Shown piece after piece: positions 15,190 through 29,707 of a stretch of 64,000 bases of DNA (position 1 is its first letter; every line of letters begins with the position of its first letter). The stretch is from the NCBI GenBank assembly GCA_951406725.2, contig OX597829.1:2604001-2668000 (forward strand). The letters are read 5' to 3'. The notes under the pieces are model-generated. The model saw only the letters and a list, made by a program, of their open reading frames with translations, was not told where the DNA came from and searched no databases. The position numbers were made by a program, and so were the translations under genes. The DNA comes from Octopus vulgaris. Its lineage: Eukaryota.

Positions 15190-16388
15190 AAATTCGGTCA
15201 TACCTATTTCATTACTACCCACAAGGGGCTAAACAAATTCGGTCATACCTGCCTTCCCTTACTACCCACAAGGGGCCAAACAAATTCGGTCATACCTGCC
15301 TTCCCTTACTACCCACAAGGGGCCAAACAAATTCGGTCATACCTGCCTTCCCTTACTACCCACAAGGGGCTAAACAAATTCGGTCATACCTGCCTTCCCT
15401 TACTACCCACAAGGGGCCAAACAAATTCGGTCATACCTGCCTTCCCTTACTACCCACAAGGGGCTAAACAAATTCGGTCATACCTGCCTTCCCTTACTAC
15501 CCACAAGGGGCCAAACAAATTCGGTCATACCTGCCTTCCCTTACTACCCACAAGGGGCCAAACAAATTCGGTCATACCTGCCTTCCCTTACTACCCACAA
15601 GGAGCCAAACAAATTCGGTCATACCTGCCTTCCCTTACTACCCACAAGGGGCCAAACAAATTCGGTTATACCTGCCTTCCCTTACTACCCACAAGGGGCC
15701 AAACAAATTCGGTCATACCTGCCTTCCCTTACTACCCACAAGGAGCCAAACAAATTCGGTCATACCTGCCTTCCCTTACTACCCACAAGGGGCCAAACAA
15801 ATTCGGTCATACCTGCCTTCCCTTACTACCCACAAGGGGCTAAACAAATTCGGTCATACCTGCCTTCCCTTACTACCCACAAGGGGCTAAACAAATTCGG
15901 TCATACCTGCCTTCCCTTACTACCCACAAGGGGCCAAACAAATTCGGTCATACCTGCCTTCCCTTACTACCCACAAGGGGCCAAACAAATTCGGTCATAC
16001 CTGCCTTCCCTTACTACCCACAAGGGGCCAAACAAATTCGGTCATACCTGCCTTCCCTTACTACCCACAAGGGGCCAAACAAATTCGGTCATACCTGCCT
16101 TCCCTTACTACCCACAAGGGGCCAAACAAATTCGGTCATACCTGCCTTCCCTTACTACCCACAAGGGGCCAAACAAATTCGGTCATACCTGCCTTCCCTT
16201 ACTACCCACAAGGAGCCAAACAAATTCGGTCATACCTGCCTTCCCTTACTACCCACAAGGGGCCAAACAAATTCGGTCATACCTGGCTTCCCTTACTACC
16301 CACAAGGGGCCAAACAAATTCGGTCATACCTGCCTTCCCTTACTACCCACAAGGGGCCAAACAAATTCGGTCATACCTGCCTTCCCTT
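15190..16388. repeat. 47-bp minisatellite, ~25 copies, derived from the SINE-A 3' tail plus target-site sequence
   Basis: Unit aaattcggtcatacctgccttcccttactacccacaagggg(c/t)caaac-like; the first unit retains the near-native SINE tail acctatttcattactacccacaaggggctaaac. Confidence 0.97.
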
Positions 16389-16522
16389 TATCAACAATTA
16401 TGTAATGTCTCCTTTCCTTTTCTTTTGCTCTTCTACTTTACAGGGGAGCGTAATTTGAGCTACTATTTCTAGCAGTTAGAATGACCCACGTACCTTTCTA
16501 AGTTCACTTGCAATTGCTGTTG

Positions 16523-16554
<32 letters not shown>

Positions 16555-17200
16555 GGTGGTGGTAGTGTCCTTGCTGTTAGTGTTTAATGTTAAGTGTGTA
16601 TGGATGTGTGTCTGTATGTGAATGTATATGTGACTATAGACGTAGGTACATGTGTTACAAGTTGTTTTTCTTATCCGCCTCTATCATTTGTTTTGGTTTG
16701 TGACGAATATGTTGGTTGAGGGAATGTTTCTGACAGGACTGCTGCTATAGTCTTCGATAAAATATTTACAAAGCTGTGAGAAAAAAAAAAAACCAACAAC
16801 AATATTTTCACCCGTGTAAATACTGTTGTTGGCTCTTGCTATATTGAGCAACTATATTGTGTCTCTGAGTGTCTCCGGGAATATTATTATCTAGCGTTTT
16901 GTTGCTGTTTTCTGAACGCATTTGACAGGTAGGTCTGGGTAATATCCTCTAGGCAGCCATTCTATCAGGAATTTTCATAAAACTACTATGAAAAAAAACA
17001 ACAAAAAACAGTGCTGCAAGGCGACGATGATCTTTTCCTTTTATTCAAAACCAGTGTGTATGAAATTGTCATACGGTCAACGATTGAAACACAACTTCTT
17101 AAGGGTTACATCTTTTGTTTTGTCTGTCATTCATTTTCTGACATAGTCAGAACTTTGGGTGGGAACAGTCGATTAAATCAATCTAGTTGTCACTTTATCT

Positions 17201-17933
17201 CAGGAGTGGGGAAACCTTTTAGTGCGGCGGGCAAAAATTTCCAAAGAAAAAGGTCCGCGGCCGGATTACAAGTTCTAACTCTTATATCTGTGTAAATCTT
17301 GCATATATCTATGTATAATTCGATACATATTAATAAAGATAAGTGTAACACATTAAATTAATGTGTAACATCTTCATTAACGCTGCCACTGAATTTAGGA
17401 TGTTTATATTACTTATGAGGTATTCTATATTTTTCATCTAGAGTGTAGTTGGGTCTCAAGGGGGTGGTACAAGCCTAACAATATGTGTTTTATAGTGAAA
17501 ACAAAATGTCTGTTTAAATGACAATTACCGGACGATGTCTGTTCGAGTATAACCGTTTTAAGTCGTATTGGAAACGCAAATAGGCATAAGAATCCTTTCT
17601 ACTCTAGGTACAAGGCCTGAAATTTGGTGGGAGAGGGCCAATCGATTAGATCGATCCCAGTACGCACCTGGTACTTAATTTATCGACCCCGTAAGGATGA
17701 AAGGCAAAGTCGACCTCGGCGGAATTTGAACTCAGATCGTAAAGACAGACGAAATACTGCTAAGCATTTCGTCCAGCGTGCTAACGATTCTGCCAGCTGG
17801 AATATTGTATAAATTTTATGATTGAAAAATTTACTATATTTTGTACATACGAATATACCAGCCTGCGGGCAAAATAAAATGGGCTTGCAGGCGGAATTGC
17901 GCCCCTGTCGGGTGGGGGGGTTCCCCACTCCTG
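17201..17933. mobile_element. Non-autonomous hAT (Charlie/Buster-like) element with a nested SINE-A at ~17590-17800
   Basis: TIRs CAGGAGTGGGGAA / TTCCCCACTCCTG; 8-bp TSD ctttatct / cattatca (6/8 match, central TA). Confidence 0.8.
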
Positions 17934-18800
17934 CATTATCAAATTTGAAGGATGAAAGAGCAAACTGAATCTCGGCCGGATTTAAAGCGAGAGCATAAAC
18001 AGAAGTAACTGAGTACCACCAGTAACTTGGTCGACGCATTTACGATCCCACTTTTAGAAAATTATCCCAAATTTCTCTCCAGATATCCCGATGTCGTTTG
18101 ATGTAGATATTTTCGGTTGTGTTTTCCTGGACGTTTTCTTCTTAAATAGGAGTAGGACCGCAGCCAAATCCTGAAACCTTTTGTACCTGTTCCAAAATTT
18201 CACATGATTTTATTAAAACTTCTGTCATCGTCGTTGACTTCGTTGTCGTAATATCTTGTCTAATGTTGTCATAGACAGGTGTCACGCAGAAAATGCTAGC
18301 TTCCACACCCTGTTTTCTGATTGGGTAAAAAAAATCAAACTTGAAACCTCTGTGATATTTTTATAAGACTTTTCTAGAATAAGTGAATAACAAAATCAAA
18401 TTAGCGTAAAAGATTACATCACTGTACCAAATTTGAAAATTTTCGCTTCATTTTAAAATTTCAAAAACTGTGAGAGAGACAGAAAAGATCCACAATTGCA
18501 ACCGATTTCATTCTTCAACGTAAAGCACGCATTCCGCCGAATTAGACTTTAACTTTCAACATTTTGGGGTCGATAAAATAGGTCCAGTTGTGAGCTGCAA
18601 TCGATATAATCAACTTAGACGCTCCCAAAACTTGCTGGCCTTGTACCAAAAAGTGAAACCAATATGAAGTACGCATGTTTGAATATTAGTGTGTCTGTGT
18701 CTGTGGGTTTGCGTGTATGTGTCTGTGTATGCGTCCGTATGTGTGTCTGTGTCCATGTGCGTGTGTCTCTGTGTGTCTGCGTTTGTGTCTATGCCTATGT

Positions 18801-18846
<46 letters not shown>

Positions 18847-19136
18847 CTATACATCTATATCGAGTATTCAATACGAATTATTTAGGAAAAACAAAAATTA
18901 AACCTCTCCATTTTCTCACCATATCATATAAATGATAACAACAACAGCAACAGCAAAATACTTTTATTGATTCGAGTATTTAAATTTTCATGTCCTACAA
19001 AAATGTTACCATTGTCTAACATCTTAATAAATGCAAAAAAGTAATTAACACAATAAATAAATGCAATTAAATAAATGCAAAAAAACGTAAAGATAAAATA
19101 ACCAGATGATTATTTATTCTTATATATAAACATCCA

Positions 19137-19350
19137 AGGCCAGAGAACTGGTAGAAATCGTTAGCGAATTGGATGAAATGCTTAATGGCGTTTCTTCCGG
19201 TTTTACGCTCCGAGTTCATATTCCGTTGTGGTCGATTTTGTCTTTCATCCTTTCGAGCCCGATAAAGTAAGCATCAGTTGAACAGAGGGTTAGATGTATT
19301 CGACTTACACTCTTCCCACCAAATTTTGGACATTGTGCCTATAGCAGAAA
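19137..19350 (+). mobile_element. Old SINE family A copy
   Basis: Degenerate head, B-box gagttcatattcc and central domain tctttcatcctttcg. Confidence 0.8.
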
Positions 19351-19440
19351 TAGCGATTTTAAGTTTTGGCCCAAGACCAGTAGGATGTGGGGGAAAAGGT
19401 TTAGTCGATTACATTAAACCCTATGTTAAATGCTTGCTTT

Positions 19441-19809
19441 GCGTCCCCAAAGTCCATCCCCTCCTCACCGTGGTGGGGACGCTGGCAACGGGTAGTGTCA
19501 GGACTATGCCGTCGGGAACTTCGGTTCCTGGTAGGGCCACCCAAGGCGGATTGGTCTGACACCGAGTGGTATTAGGGCCACAACCCGGCAGACGGGGCTC
19601 TGGTGAAAATCCTCGGAGTGTCTGCTTCGGCAACTGGCGGCTCCTCGGTCGTTTCTGTCCCTGCGTCTACGGACAATCTGCGGCAAACAGGATGTCTCTA
19701 CATGCGAGATTGTTAGGGACCGCTTGTGAAACCCACATATTTCCACCAAACTTCTTCCATGAAGTAGAAGAAGCCGACTCAACCCGGCCAGGGTGAATGT
19801 TGCCACAAG
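19441..19809 (+). mobile_element. Short bipartite non-autonomous RTE-derived element
   Basis: 14-bp TSD taaatgcttgcttt (19427-19440 / 19810-19823). The 5' part resembles RTE/BovB-Expander 5'UTRs (ctatgccgt...agggccacccaag); the 3' end is acaagt. Confidence 0.8.
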
Positions 19810-20429
19810 TAAATGCTTGCTTTAAACCACACCTGAATCTATAAATTTAAACTTGAAAGCAATAGTAGCCCAACTCATGCTGACAGTGTCTAACATACGC
19901 TGACTATGATCTTTCAGTCATTTTCCAATACAAGTCCCCCACTATACATAATAGTACAAATGAGTAAATGTTAATGATTTAAGTGGTGAGTGACCTCTAT
20001 CAAATTTCAACAAAATATTTGGAGCACATCTGACCTGAAAACAATGCAGACATTTTCGTGTGTGATGACCCAATTACAAACACTAACGTTTTTATCTGTG
20101 TCCTTTCCTTGATTTCGGCCATCCTCGATTCCCTCTTCTGTAGAATGCCTCTCATCCTCTATTCTTTCTCTCACTTCCTCTCTTCTCTTCTTTCTTTCTC
20201 TTCACATTAGTCCTTCTTCGCCATATCCTCATACCTCTCCTCCTTTCCTCTTTATCTCTCTTTCGCTTAACTTACACTGATTCTTATTGCTCCGCGTCGC
20301 TCCCTCCCCTTACCCGTACCATTTCTTTTTAAGTCGTTCAGTTTTTCTCATCCGATCAACGGGCCTATTGAATAAACCTATCAATAACGAGGCTATAATG
20401 ATCACTGGAAACGCCTGCAAGTCATATAT

Positions 20430-20830
20430 ATATATATCTATAAAATAATATGTTACATTACTCGATAGTCAAGATAAAACTCTGAGTTTCAGATGCCGAA
20501 GTGGGAATCCACAACGCCATCTCTTCGGTTATCTGGCTATCTTTTCATAGAATAATCTATGTAATATGCATCCATATTATATTCTTCTGTGTGTAAGAGT
20601 CCTCAACCGATGTTAGGCGATAATCCAAAAAGGCCGTATTAGCTCTTAGTTAAGAATAACGTCGTCCGGGAGGTGATTTATTGGTAAAACGGTAAGATAA
20701 CAAAAGAAAGAAAGAGTTTTATCTTGACTATCGTGTAATGTAACATATTATTTTATAGATAAATTTCCTCTATTTACATAATATTGAGGTCTCTTTCTTT
20801 CTTTTTTTTATCTTACCGTTTTACAAATAT
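20430..20830. mobile_element. (TA)n-flanked Penelope-like module with nested inverted repeats and a minus-strand hammerhead-like motif (20472-20534)
   Basis: 20440-20482 is inverted against 20714-20756, and 20685-20715 against 20790-20824. Same family as 42240-42420. Confidence 0.6.
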
Positions 20831-21092
20831 ATATATATATATATATATAAATTTATATAAATAAGGATAAGATCGTTATTTTAAATACCGACCATATCAA
20901 GTAGCTAGCATGAAAATAAAAACCTCATAGGTAATAATTATTATTATGAATATTTGATGTGGTTTTAGAGCCAAGTTTTGACTGCTATACTAGCATGATG
21001 ATATCTTTTAGGTACCCTTAATCATATATATGAACGGCAACGAGAAACTCAGAGTAACAGATTTTGTTGAATTTTCTGCTGCTTAAAATAAA

Positions 21093-21135
<43 letters not shown>

Positions 21136-21332
21136 TTGAGTTCGTTGCACTGAAGAGCATAGAATGCATATTCTGCATTGATTGCGAAATCACAGGTGAT
21201 ATGCAACTAAATTCTGTTTTTAAATGACTCGCTTGGAAGTTTTGCATTCGGTACAATTTGTTTATTTTAGTAGTTTTGACTGTAAAAGTCCCTCCTAGCG
21301 TGCAACCTATGAATAATAGTACCCGCTATATA

Positions 21333-21418
<86 letters not shown>

Positions 21419-21640
21419 TTTGGTGACTCATATTGTCGTTAAATGTTCGTAATGAGGAGTAGGCAGACAGCTGAAAACTGATGAAAGGTCCTTTCTCTGT
21501 GTTTACTTGTCCTGTTTTCCATTTTTCTCGTTGTTTACGTATTGCATGTTATTTGCACCGTTGGTGACGTCCTGCACCAATATATGCATGTATATATATG
21601 TATATGTATATATATAATATATATATGTATGTATGTATAC

Positions 21641-21713
<73 letters not shown>

Positions 21714-21836
21714 TATATCCACCGTGATCACCGTGACCGACCAGGTAATCAGATGTTGCTACACATCGCTGGTCACAATGTGCTTCGCATTGTTTTAGCC
21801 TTGAAATGACGCCAAACCCCTGACTAAGCGAGCAGG

Positions 21837-21888
<52 letters not shown>

Positions 21889-22389
21889 ATAAGGACAAAA
21901 TCTGTAAAAGATTTATGAAGTAGCCAGCGTGTAAAACCAATTTAGGGAAAAATTAATACAAAGTATGTAATTTTTTTCCTGAAATATAAAATACATTAAT
22001 TTTATTAAGGGCTGTCAGACCTGATACTGTAATGGGCCTCTAAAGTCAAACTACTTCGATAAATATACACAGGGACCAAAAGCGAGAGAATGAACATAGA
22101 AGTTCCTTTTCTGTTTCATTCTCTCGCTTTTTTTTAAAAAAAAACTAATCTTACTAGAAACAGAAAAAGGCGGAATCATTCTGACTCATTTCTATAATAA
22201 ATAGTCCACAGTGATAACAGTATTTATAGGCATTGTTGTTAAGATCTGTCTTTACTTGTTGTTGTTGGTGTTGTTGTTGTTGTTGTTGTTTTTGTAACTT
22301 GAATACACCGATTTGATAGGTAATGCGTTGTTGAAAGCTTCAAGATAAATACATTGGAAACAGGTAAACAGTGATTGATTATGCTATTA

Positions 22390-22743
22390 CTTACCTGTAC
22401 TTGTACTTGTGGCGACATTCACCCTGGGGCGGGTTGAGTCGGCTTCTTCTACTCATGGAAGAAGTGTCGTGGGAATATGTGGATTTCACAAGCGGTCCCC
22501 AACAATCCCGCATGTGGAGACATCCTGTTTGCCGCAGATTGTCCGCAGACACAGGGACAGAACGACCGAGGAGCCGCCGGTTGCCGAAACAGACACTCCG
22601 AGGATTTCCACAAGAGCCCCGTCCGCCGGGTTGTGTCAGACCAATCCGCCTTGGGTGGCCCTACCAGGAACCGAAGTTCCCGACGGCATAGCTCTGACAC
22701 TACCCGTTGCCAGCGTTCCCACTACGGTGAGGACGGGATGGAC
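22390..22743 (-). mobile_element. Second copy of the bipartite RTE-derived element
   Basis: 11-bp TSD ttatgctatta (22379-22389 / 22744-22754); (ACAAGT)n tail; high similarity to 19441-19809. Confidence 0.85.
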
Positions 22744-23304
22744 TTATGCTATTAGAAATACAGTTAAGAACCGTAGAGTTGTAAATAATTGTTTGTTTGT
22801 TTTTTTGGACAATCCTTTTTTGTTTTCGGGTACATTTCTTTTATAAAGGGGTGTTTTTCCACCTTATTCCAAGCATAATGCTTTCTTACGCATTAAGTCT
22901 GGAATATAATTAGTATACGAGAGTATGCTGAAATATCCTTAACTTGTTCTTTAGCTTTCTTGCAAGATCCTCTTCTATATTTCAAGCAGAATGACCCGAA
23001 GACATAAAAATGAGGTTTACAAACAATATACGCTTAACTTGCCATTTAGATTCTTAGCTTTCTTGTTAAATCAGCTTTTGCGTCATTCAAACGATTTCGA
23101 GAAAATAATGTTGATTTTTAAGTTTAAGGAGCATTTTGCTTTTAAATCTACATCGGGCTTTCCCGAAGACTCGTTCGCCTTACGTGAATTCCGTCTAGTT
23201 TACCTGATTGTGTTATCATAAATTGACTGAATATGTAATTCTTTATTATACGAAGAGACGTTTACTCTACTTTCTTCTTTTAGTCTGTTGAATAAATATT
23301 TCGT

Positions 23305-23527
23305 TTTATTCTCTTTTACTCTCTTACCCTTTTATTTGTTTCAGTCATTTGACTGCGGCCATGCTGCAGCACCGCCTTTAGTCGAGCAAATCGACCCCGG
23401 GACTTATTCTTTGTAAGCTCAGTACTTATTCTATTTGTCTCTTTTGCCGAACCGCTAAGTTACGGGGACGTAAACACACCAGCATCGGTTGTCAAGCGAT
23501 GTTGGGGGAATAAACACAAACACACAA

Positions 23528-23594
<67 letters not shown>

Positions 23595-23762
23595 TACGAC
23601 GGGCTTCTTTCAGTTTCCGTCTACCAAATACACTCACAAGGCTTTGGTTGGCCCGAATCTATAGTAGAAGACACTTGCCGAAGGTGCCACGCAGTGGGAC
23701 TGAACTCGGAACCATGTGGTTGGCAAGCAAGCTACTTACCACACAGCCATTCCAACGCCTAT
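23305..23762 (-). mobile_element. tRNA-derived SINE family B (internal TA/TG microsatellite, GTAAAAGA-type tail)
   Basis: Head ggctgtgtggtaag...gagttcagtcccactgcg; homologous copies at 24665, 39228, 43258 and 52250. Confidence 0.9.
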
Positions 23763-24116
23763 ATTTATAATAAATATTTTTTTCACATTCACTTATAGTC
23801 CAATCGGACTTCAGTTTTGAGAGCCTCGCGCATCTCAAGTGTGAAAGAGAACTTCACTGATATTAGATGCTCAGCGATGGTCAACCGCCCCCCCCCCCCA
23901 CTTCTTCTCCAGCGTGTGGTTGACATTGATAAAGAACGACACCTGAAAGGTGAATGTTGCTATTCTGACGAAACCTAACCGCTGAGAAGGATTCTATGAC
24001 TTAGGCTACTGATGGTAATTTCACTCTAGAGGAAACTAAGGCCCGTGAAAATTGTGTTCACAAACAACAAATACTCGGTGCACCACACGCGTGCATACAC
24101 AATTACATATATATTA

Positions 24117-24159
<43 letters not shown>

Positions 24160-24185
24160 CATATATATACATATATATATGTATG

Positions 24186-24247
<62 letters not shown>

Positions 24248-24248
<1 letters not shown>

Positions 24249-24644
24249 TAGCAGTATCGCCCGGCGTTGCTCGGGTTTGTAAGGGAAATAACTATATAAG
24301 CATTTTTAGAGAGTTATAGCCAAAAACTGGCAAAAAAATGCATTAAAAATGGAAAAAAATTATGGTAAATTTATTTTAAAACCGTTGACTCATCGTAGAC
24401 ATTTTTAGAGAGTTACTTTCCTTATATAATAACGAAAAAATGCATTAAAATGGAAAAAAATCATGGTAATTTTTATTTTTAATCGTAGACTCATCGTAGA
24501 CGCGCGCTAATACCCAGAAGGGCTCGATATGAATCACGACTATAAGATACCCGGTTTTGGTTACACTGCACCGCAAAATGTGGGAGTAGTTAGGAATCTA
24601 CATCGTAGGAGACAGACACACAACTTCACTTTTATATATAAAGA
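24248..24644 (-). mobile_element. Non-autonomous Helitron
   Basis: Minus strand starts TC(TTTATATATAAAAG) and ends with the hairpin cccgagcaacgccggg plus CTAG; inserted between A and T with no TSD; internal ~80-bp duplication. Confidence 0.8.
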
Positions 24645-24664
24645 TATGTATGTATATATATATA

Positions 24665-25084
24665 TGGCTGTTTGGTAAGTAGCTTGCTAACCAACCACAT
24701 GGTTCCGGGTTCAGTCCCACTGCGTGGCATCTTGGGCAAGTGTCTTCTGCTATAGTCCCGGGCCGACCAATGCCTTGTGAGTGGATTTGGTAGACGGAAA
24801 CTGAAAGAAGCCTGTCGTATATATGTATATATATATATATATATATAAGTGTGTGTGAATATGTTTGTGTGTCTGTGTTTGTTCCCCTAGCATTGCTTGA
24901 CAACCGATGCTGGTGTGTTTACGTCCCCGTCACTTAGCGGTTCGGCAAAAGAGACCGATAGAATAAGTACTGGGCTTACAAAGAATAAGTCCCGGGGTCG
25001 ATTTGCTCGACTAAAGGCGGTGCTGCAGCATGGCCGCAGTCAAATGACTGAAACAAGTAAAAAAGAGTAAAAAGAGAAAAGAGT
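24665..25084 (+). mobile_element. SINE family B
   Basis: Homologous to 23305-23762 in inverted orientation. Confidence 0.9.
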
Positions 25085-25157
25085 ATATATATATATATAT
25101 ATATATACTTATACAAACACACAGATACACGCACATACACTTCCAACACCCATATTG

Positions 25158-25218
<61 letters not shown>

Positions 25219-25334
25219 TGTATAAATATTATATGTGACAATTAGTTGGTCGTCATAATAAAACGCAGAGTTTCGGATGCCGGGGCTGAAGTCTGCTACG
25301 GCATCTCATAAGTTATGAACACAAACAAAAAAAC

Positions 25335-25393
<59 letters not shown>

Positions 25394-25399
25394 ATCTAG

Positions 25400-25700
25400 T
25401 TTGTTCCTTCTGGAGCCATGTCTGACTCATAAGGGCCGGTTTCCCGGTTTCATTGGCATGTAGGTTCCCCACCTGTATGGGACGCCGGTCCGTGACAGAT
25501 GGGCTGCTAGATGCAGGAGAAGGAAAGAGTGAGAGGAAGTTGTGGCGAAAGAGTCAGCAGAAGTTCGCCATTACCTTCTGCCGGAGTCGTGTGGAGCTCA
25601 GGTGTTTCACTCATAGACACACACATCATCCGCTCTGAGATTCTAACACGCGATCCCTCGACCGTGAGTTCGCTGCTCTAACCACTAGGCCATGTGCCCC
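25400..25700 (-). mobile_element. tRNA-derived SINE family C variant
   Basis: Head catggcctagtggttagagcagcg (A-box) related to the SINE at 40396-40777. Confidence 0.8.
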
Positions 25701-25708
25701 ATCCCTCA

Positions 25709-25774
<66 letters not shown>

Positions 25775-26057
25775 TTGTATATAAACATATATATTATTAC
25801 ATTGTTTACAATTAACGCATATTTGTCCTCATCTTGATTGTTGTTAACACTTCTTCGGCTACTATACCCTCCAGCCTTCATCAGGTGTCTGGGGGAAATA
25901 TCGAACCTGGGTCCTCATTCCTAAGGTATTTTTCGATGTTTGTTGTTAATATTGTGGTTGTTGTTGTTCTTGTTATTCAGGTCACTGTCAGGAATCGAAA
26001 TGGGTATCTTGAGGTTAGTAATCCGCGCTCTTACCCACTACGCCATATGCCCGTATG

Positions 26058-26913
26058 CATACATACATACATAGATACATACATACATACATACATACAT
26101 ACATACATACATACATACATACATACATACATACATACATACATACATACATACATACATACATACATACATACATACATACATACATACACACATACAT
26201 ACACACATACCTACATACACACATACATACATACATACATGCATACATACATACATACATACATACATACATACATACACACATACATACATACACACAT
26301 ACATACATACATACACACATACATACATACATATATACATACACACACATACATACATACACACATACATAGATACATACATACATATATACATACACAC
26401 ATACATACATACATACATACATACATACATACATACATACATACATACACACATACATACACATACATACATACACACATGTACATACATACATACACAC
26501 AGATACATAGATTCATACACACACACATACATACATACTTACATACATATACATATATATACATACATACACATATACATACATTCATATATACATACAC
26601 ACACATACATACATACATACATACATACATACATACATACACGCACGCACATACATACATACATGCATACATACATACATACATACATACACACACATAC
26701 ATATATACATGCACATACATACATACATACATACATACATACATACATACATACATAATACATACATACATACACACACACATAAATACATACATGCATG
26801 CATACATACATACATACATACATACATGCATACATACATACATACATACATACACACATAGGAAAAAAACTACATACACACATACATACATACATATACA
26901 CATACATACATAC

Positions 26914-26960
<47 letters not shown>

Positions 26961-27433
26961 CATGCATACATACATACACACACACATATACATACATACA
27001 TAGATACACATATACATACATATATACATGCATACATACATACACACACACATATACATTAAGACACACACATACATACATTCATATATACAAACATACA
27101 CACACATACTTACATGTTGAAGAGCGTAAGCTCGAAACGTAAAAGACTTGTTTTATTTATATTCCTGAGCGCCATACTAATACAATTGTTTGTTTGTATT
27201 CCACCTGCCTTCGTCTTTTGTTTATTTTCATAAAGCTTCCCGTTACATACATACATACACATACATACATACACACATACATACATACATACATACATAC
27301 ATACATACATACATACATACATACATACATACATACACATACACACATACATACATACACATACATACATACACATATACTTACATACATATATACATGC
27401 ATACATACATACATACATACATACATACATACA

Positions 27434-27467
<34 letters not shown>

Positions 27468-28791
27468 CATACATACAAACATACATACATACATACATTC
27501 ATACATACACACATACATACATACATACATATATATATATATACATACATACACATATACATACATACATACATATATACATACATACATACACACACAT
27601 ATATACATAGATACACACACATACATATATGCATACATACATACATACATACATACACACACATACATAAATACATGCACATACAGACATACATACATAC
27701 ATACACACATACATACACACATACATACATACATATATACATACATACATACACACACACACATACATACACATACATACATACATACACACATACATAC
27801 ATACATACATATATACATACATACATACACATATACATACATATATACATACATTCATATATACATACATACATATATATATATATACATACATACACAT
27901 ATACATACATACATACATATATACATACATACATACAAACACACATACATACATACATGCATACATACATACATACACACACATACATACATACACACAC
28001 ATACATACATACATACCTACATACATACATAATACATACATACATAATACATACATGCATACATACATACATTCATACATGCATACATACATACATACAT
28101 ACATACATACGTACGTACGTACATACATACATACATACATACGTACATACATACATACATGCATGCATGCATACATACATACATACGTACATACATACAT
28201 ACATACATACATACATACATACATGCATGCATACATACATACATACATACTTACATACATACATACGTACGTACGTCCATACATACATGCATGCATGTAT
28301 ACATACATACATACATGCATACATACACACATACATACATACATACATACATACATGCATGCATGCATACATACATACATACATGCATGCATACATACAT
28401 ACATACATACATACACACATACACATACATGCATGCATACATACATACATACATACATACATGCATACATACATACATACATACATACATGCATACATAC
28501 ATACATTCATATATACATACATACATTCATACATACATACACACACATACATACATACATACGTACGTACGTACATACATACATACATAAGTACATACAT
28601 ACATGCATGCATACATACACACATACATACATACATACATACATACATACATACATACATACATACATACATACATACATGCATGCATACATACATACAT
28701 ACATACTTACATACATACATACGTACGTACGTACATACATGCATGCATGCATGCATACATACATACATACATACATGCATGCATACACACA

Positions 28792-28825
<34 letters not shown>

Positions 28826-29186
28826 CATGCATGCATGCATGCATACATACATACATACATACATACATGCATGCATACATACATATATACATACATACAT
28901 ACATACATACATACATACATACATACATACATACATACATACATACATACATACATACATACATACATACATACATACATACATACATACATACATAAAT
29001 ACTTACATAGATGCATGCACACATACATACATACATACATACATACATACATACATACATACATACATACATACATAAATACTTACATAGATGCATGCAT
29101 ACATACATACATACATACATACATACATACATACATACATACATACATACATACATACATACATACATACATACATACATACATAC

Positions 29187-29217
<31 letters not shown>

Positions 29218-29290
29218 CATACATACATACATACATAAATACTTACATAGATGCATGCATACATACATACATACATACATACATACATAC

Positions 29291-29321
<31 letters not shown>

Positions 29322-29391
29322 CATACATAAATACTTACATAGATGCATGCATACATACATACATACATACATACATACACACACACATACA

Positions 29392-29423
<32 letters not shown>

Positions 29424-29706
29424 CATACATACATACATACATAAATACATACATACATACATACTTACATACATACATATATACATACATACATACACAC
29501 ATACATACACACACACATACATGCATACATACATACATACATACATACATACATACATGCATACTTACATACATACATACATACACACATACATACATAC
29601 ATACATACATACATACATACACACATACATACACACACACATACATACATACATACATATATACATACATACATACATACATACATACATACATACATAC
29701 ATACAT
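26058..29706. repeat. ~3.6-kb degenerate (CATA)n tract, interrupted at ~27113-27244 by a Penelope-like pLTR fragment
   Basis: Direct reading; the insert contains tgttgaagagcgtaagctcgaaacgta. Confidence 0.95.
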
Positions 29707-29707
29707 G

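Noticed and set aside
15190-16388. CRISPR-like regular array
   Set aside because: There are no unique spacers or cas genes; it is a head-to-tail minisatellite in eukaryotic DNA.
21478-21500. CTGATGA as a hammerhead core (also CTGACGA at ~23964 and CTGAAGA at ~62679)
   Set aside because: No convincing stem II, GAAA and stem I closure could be built.
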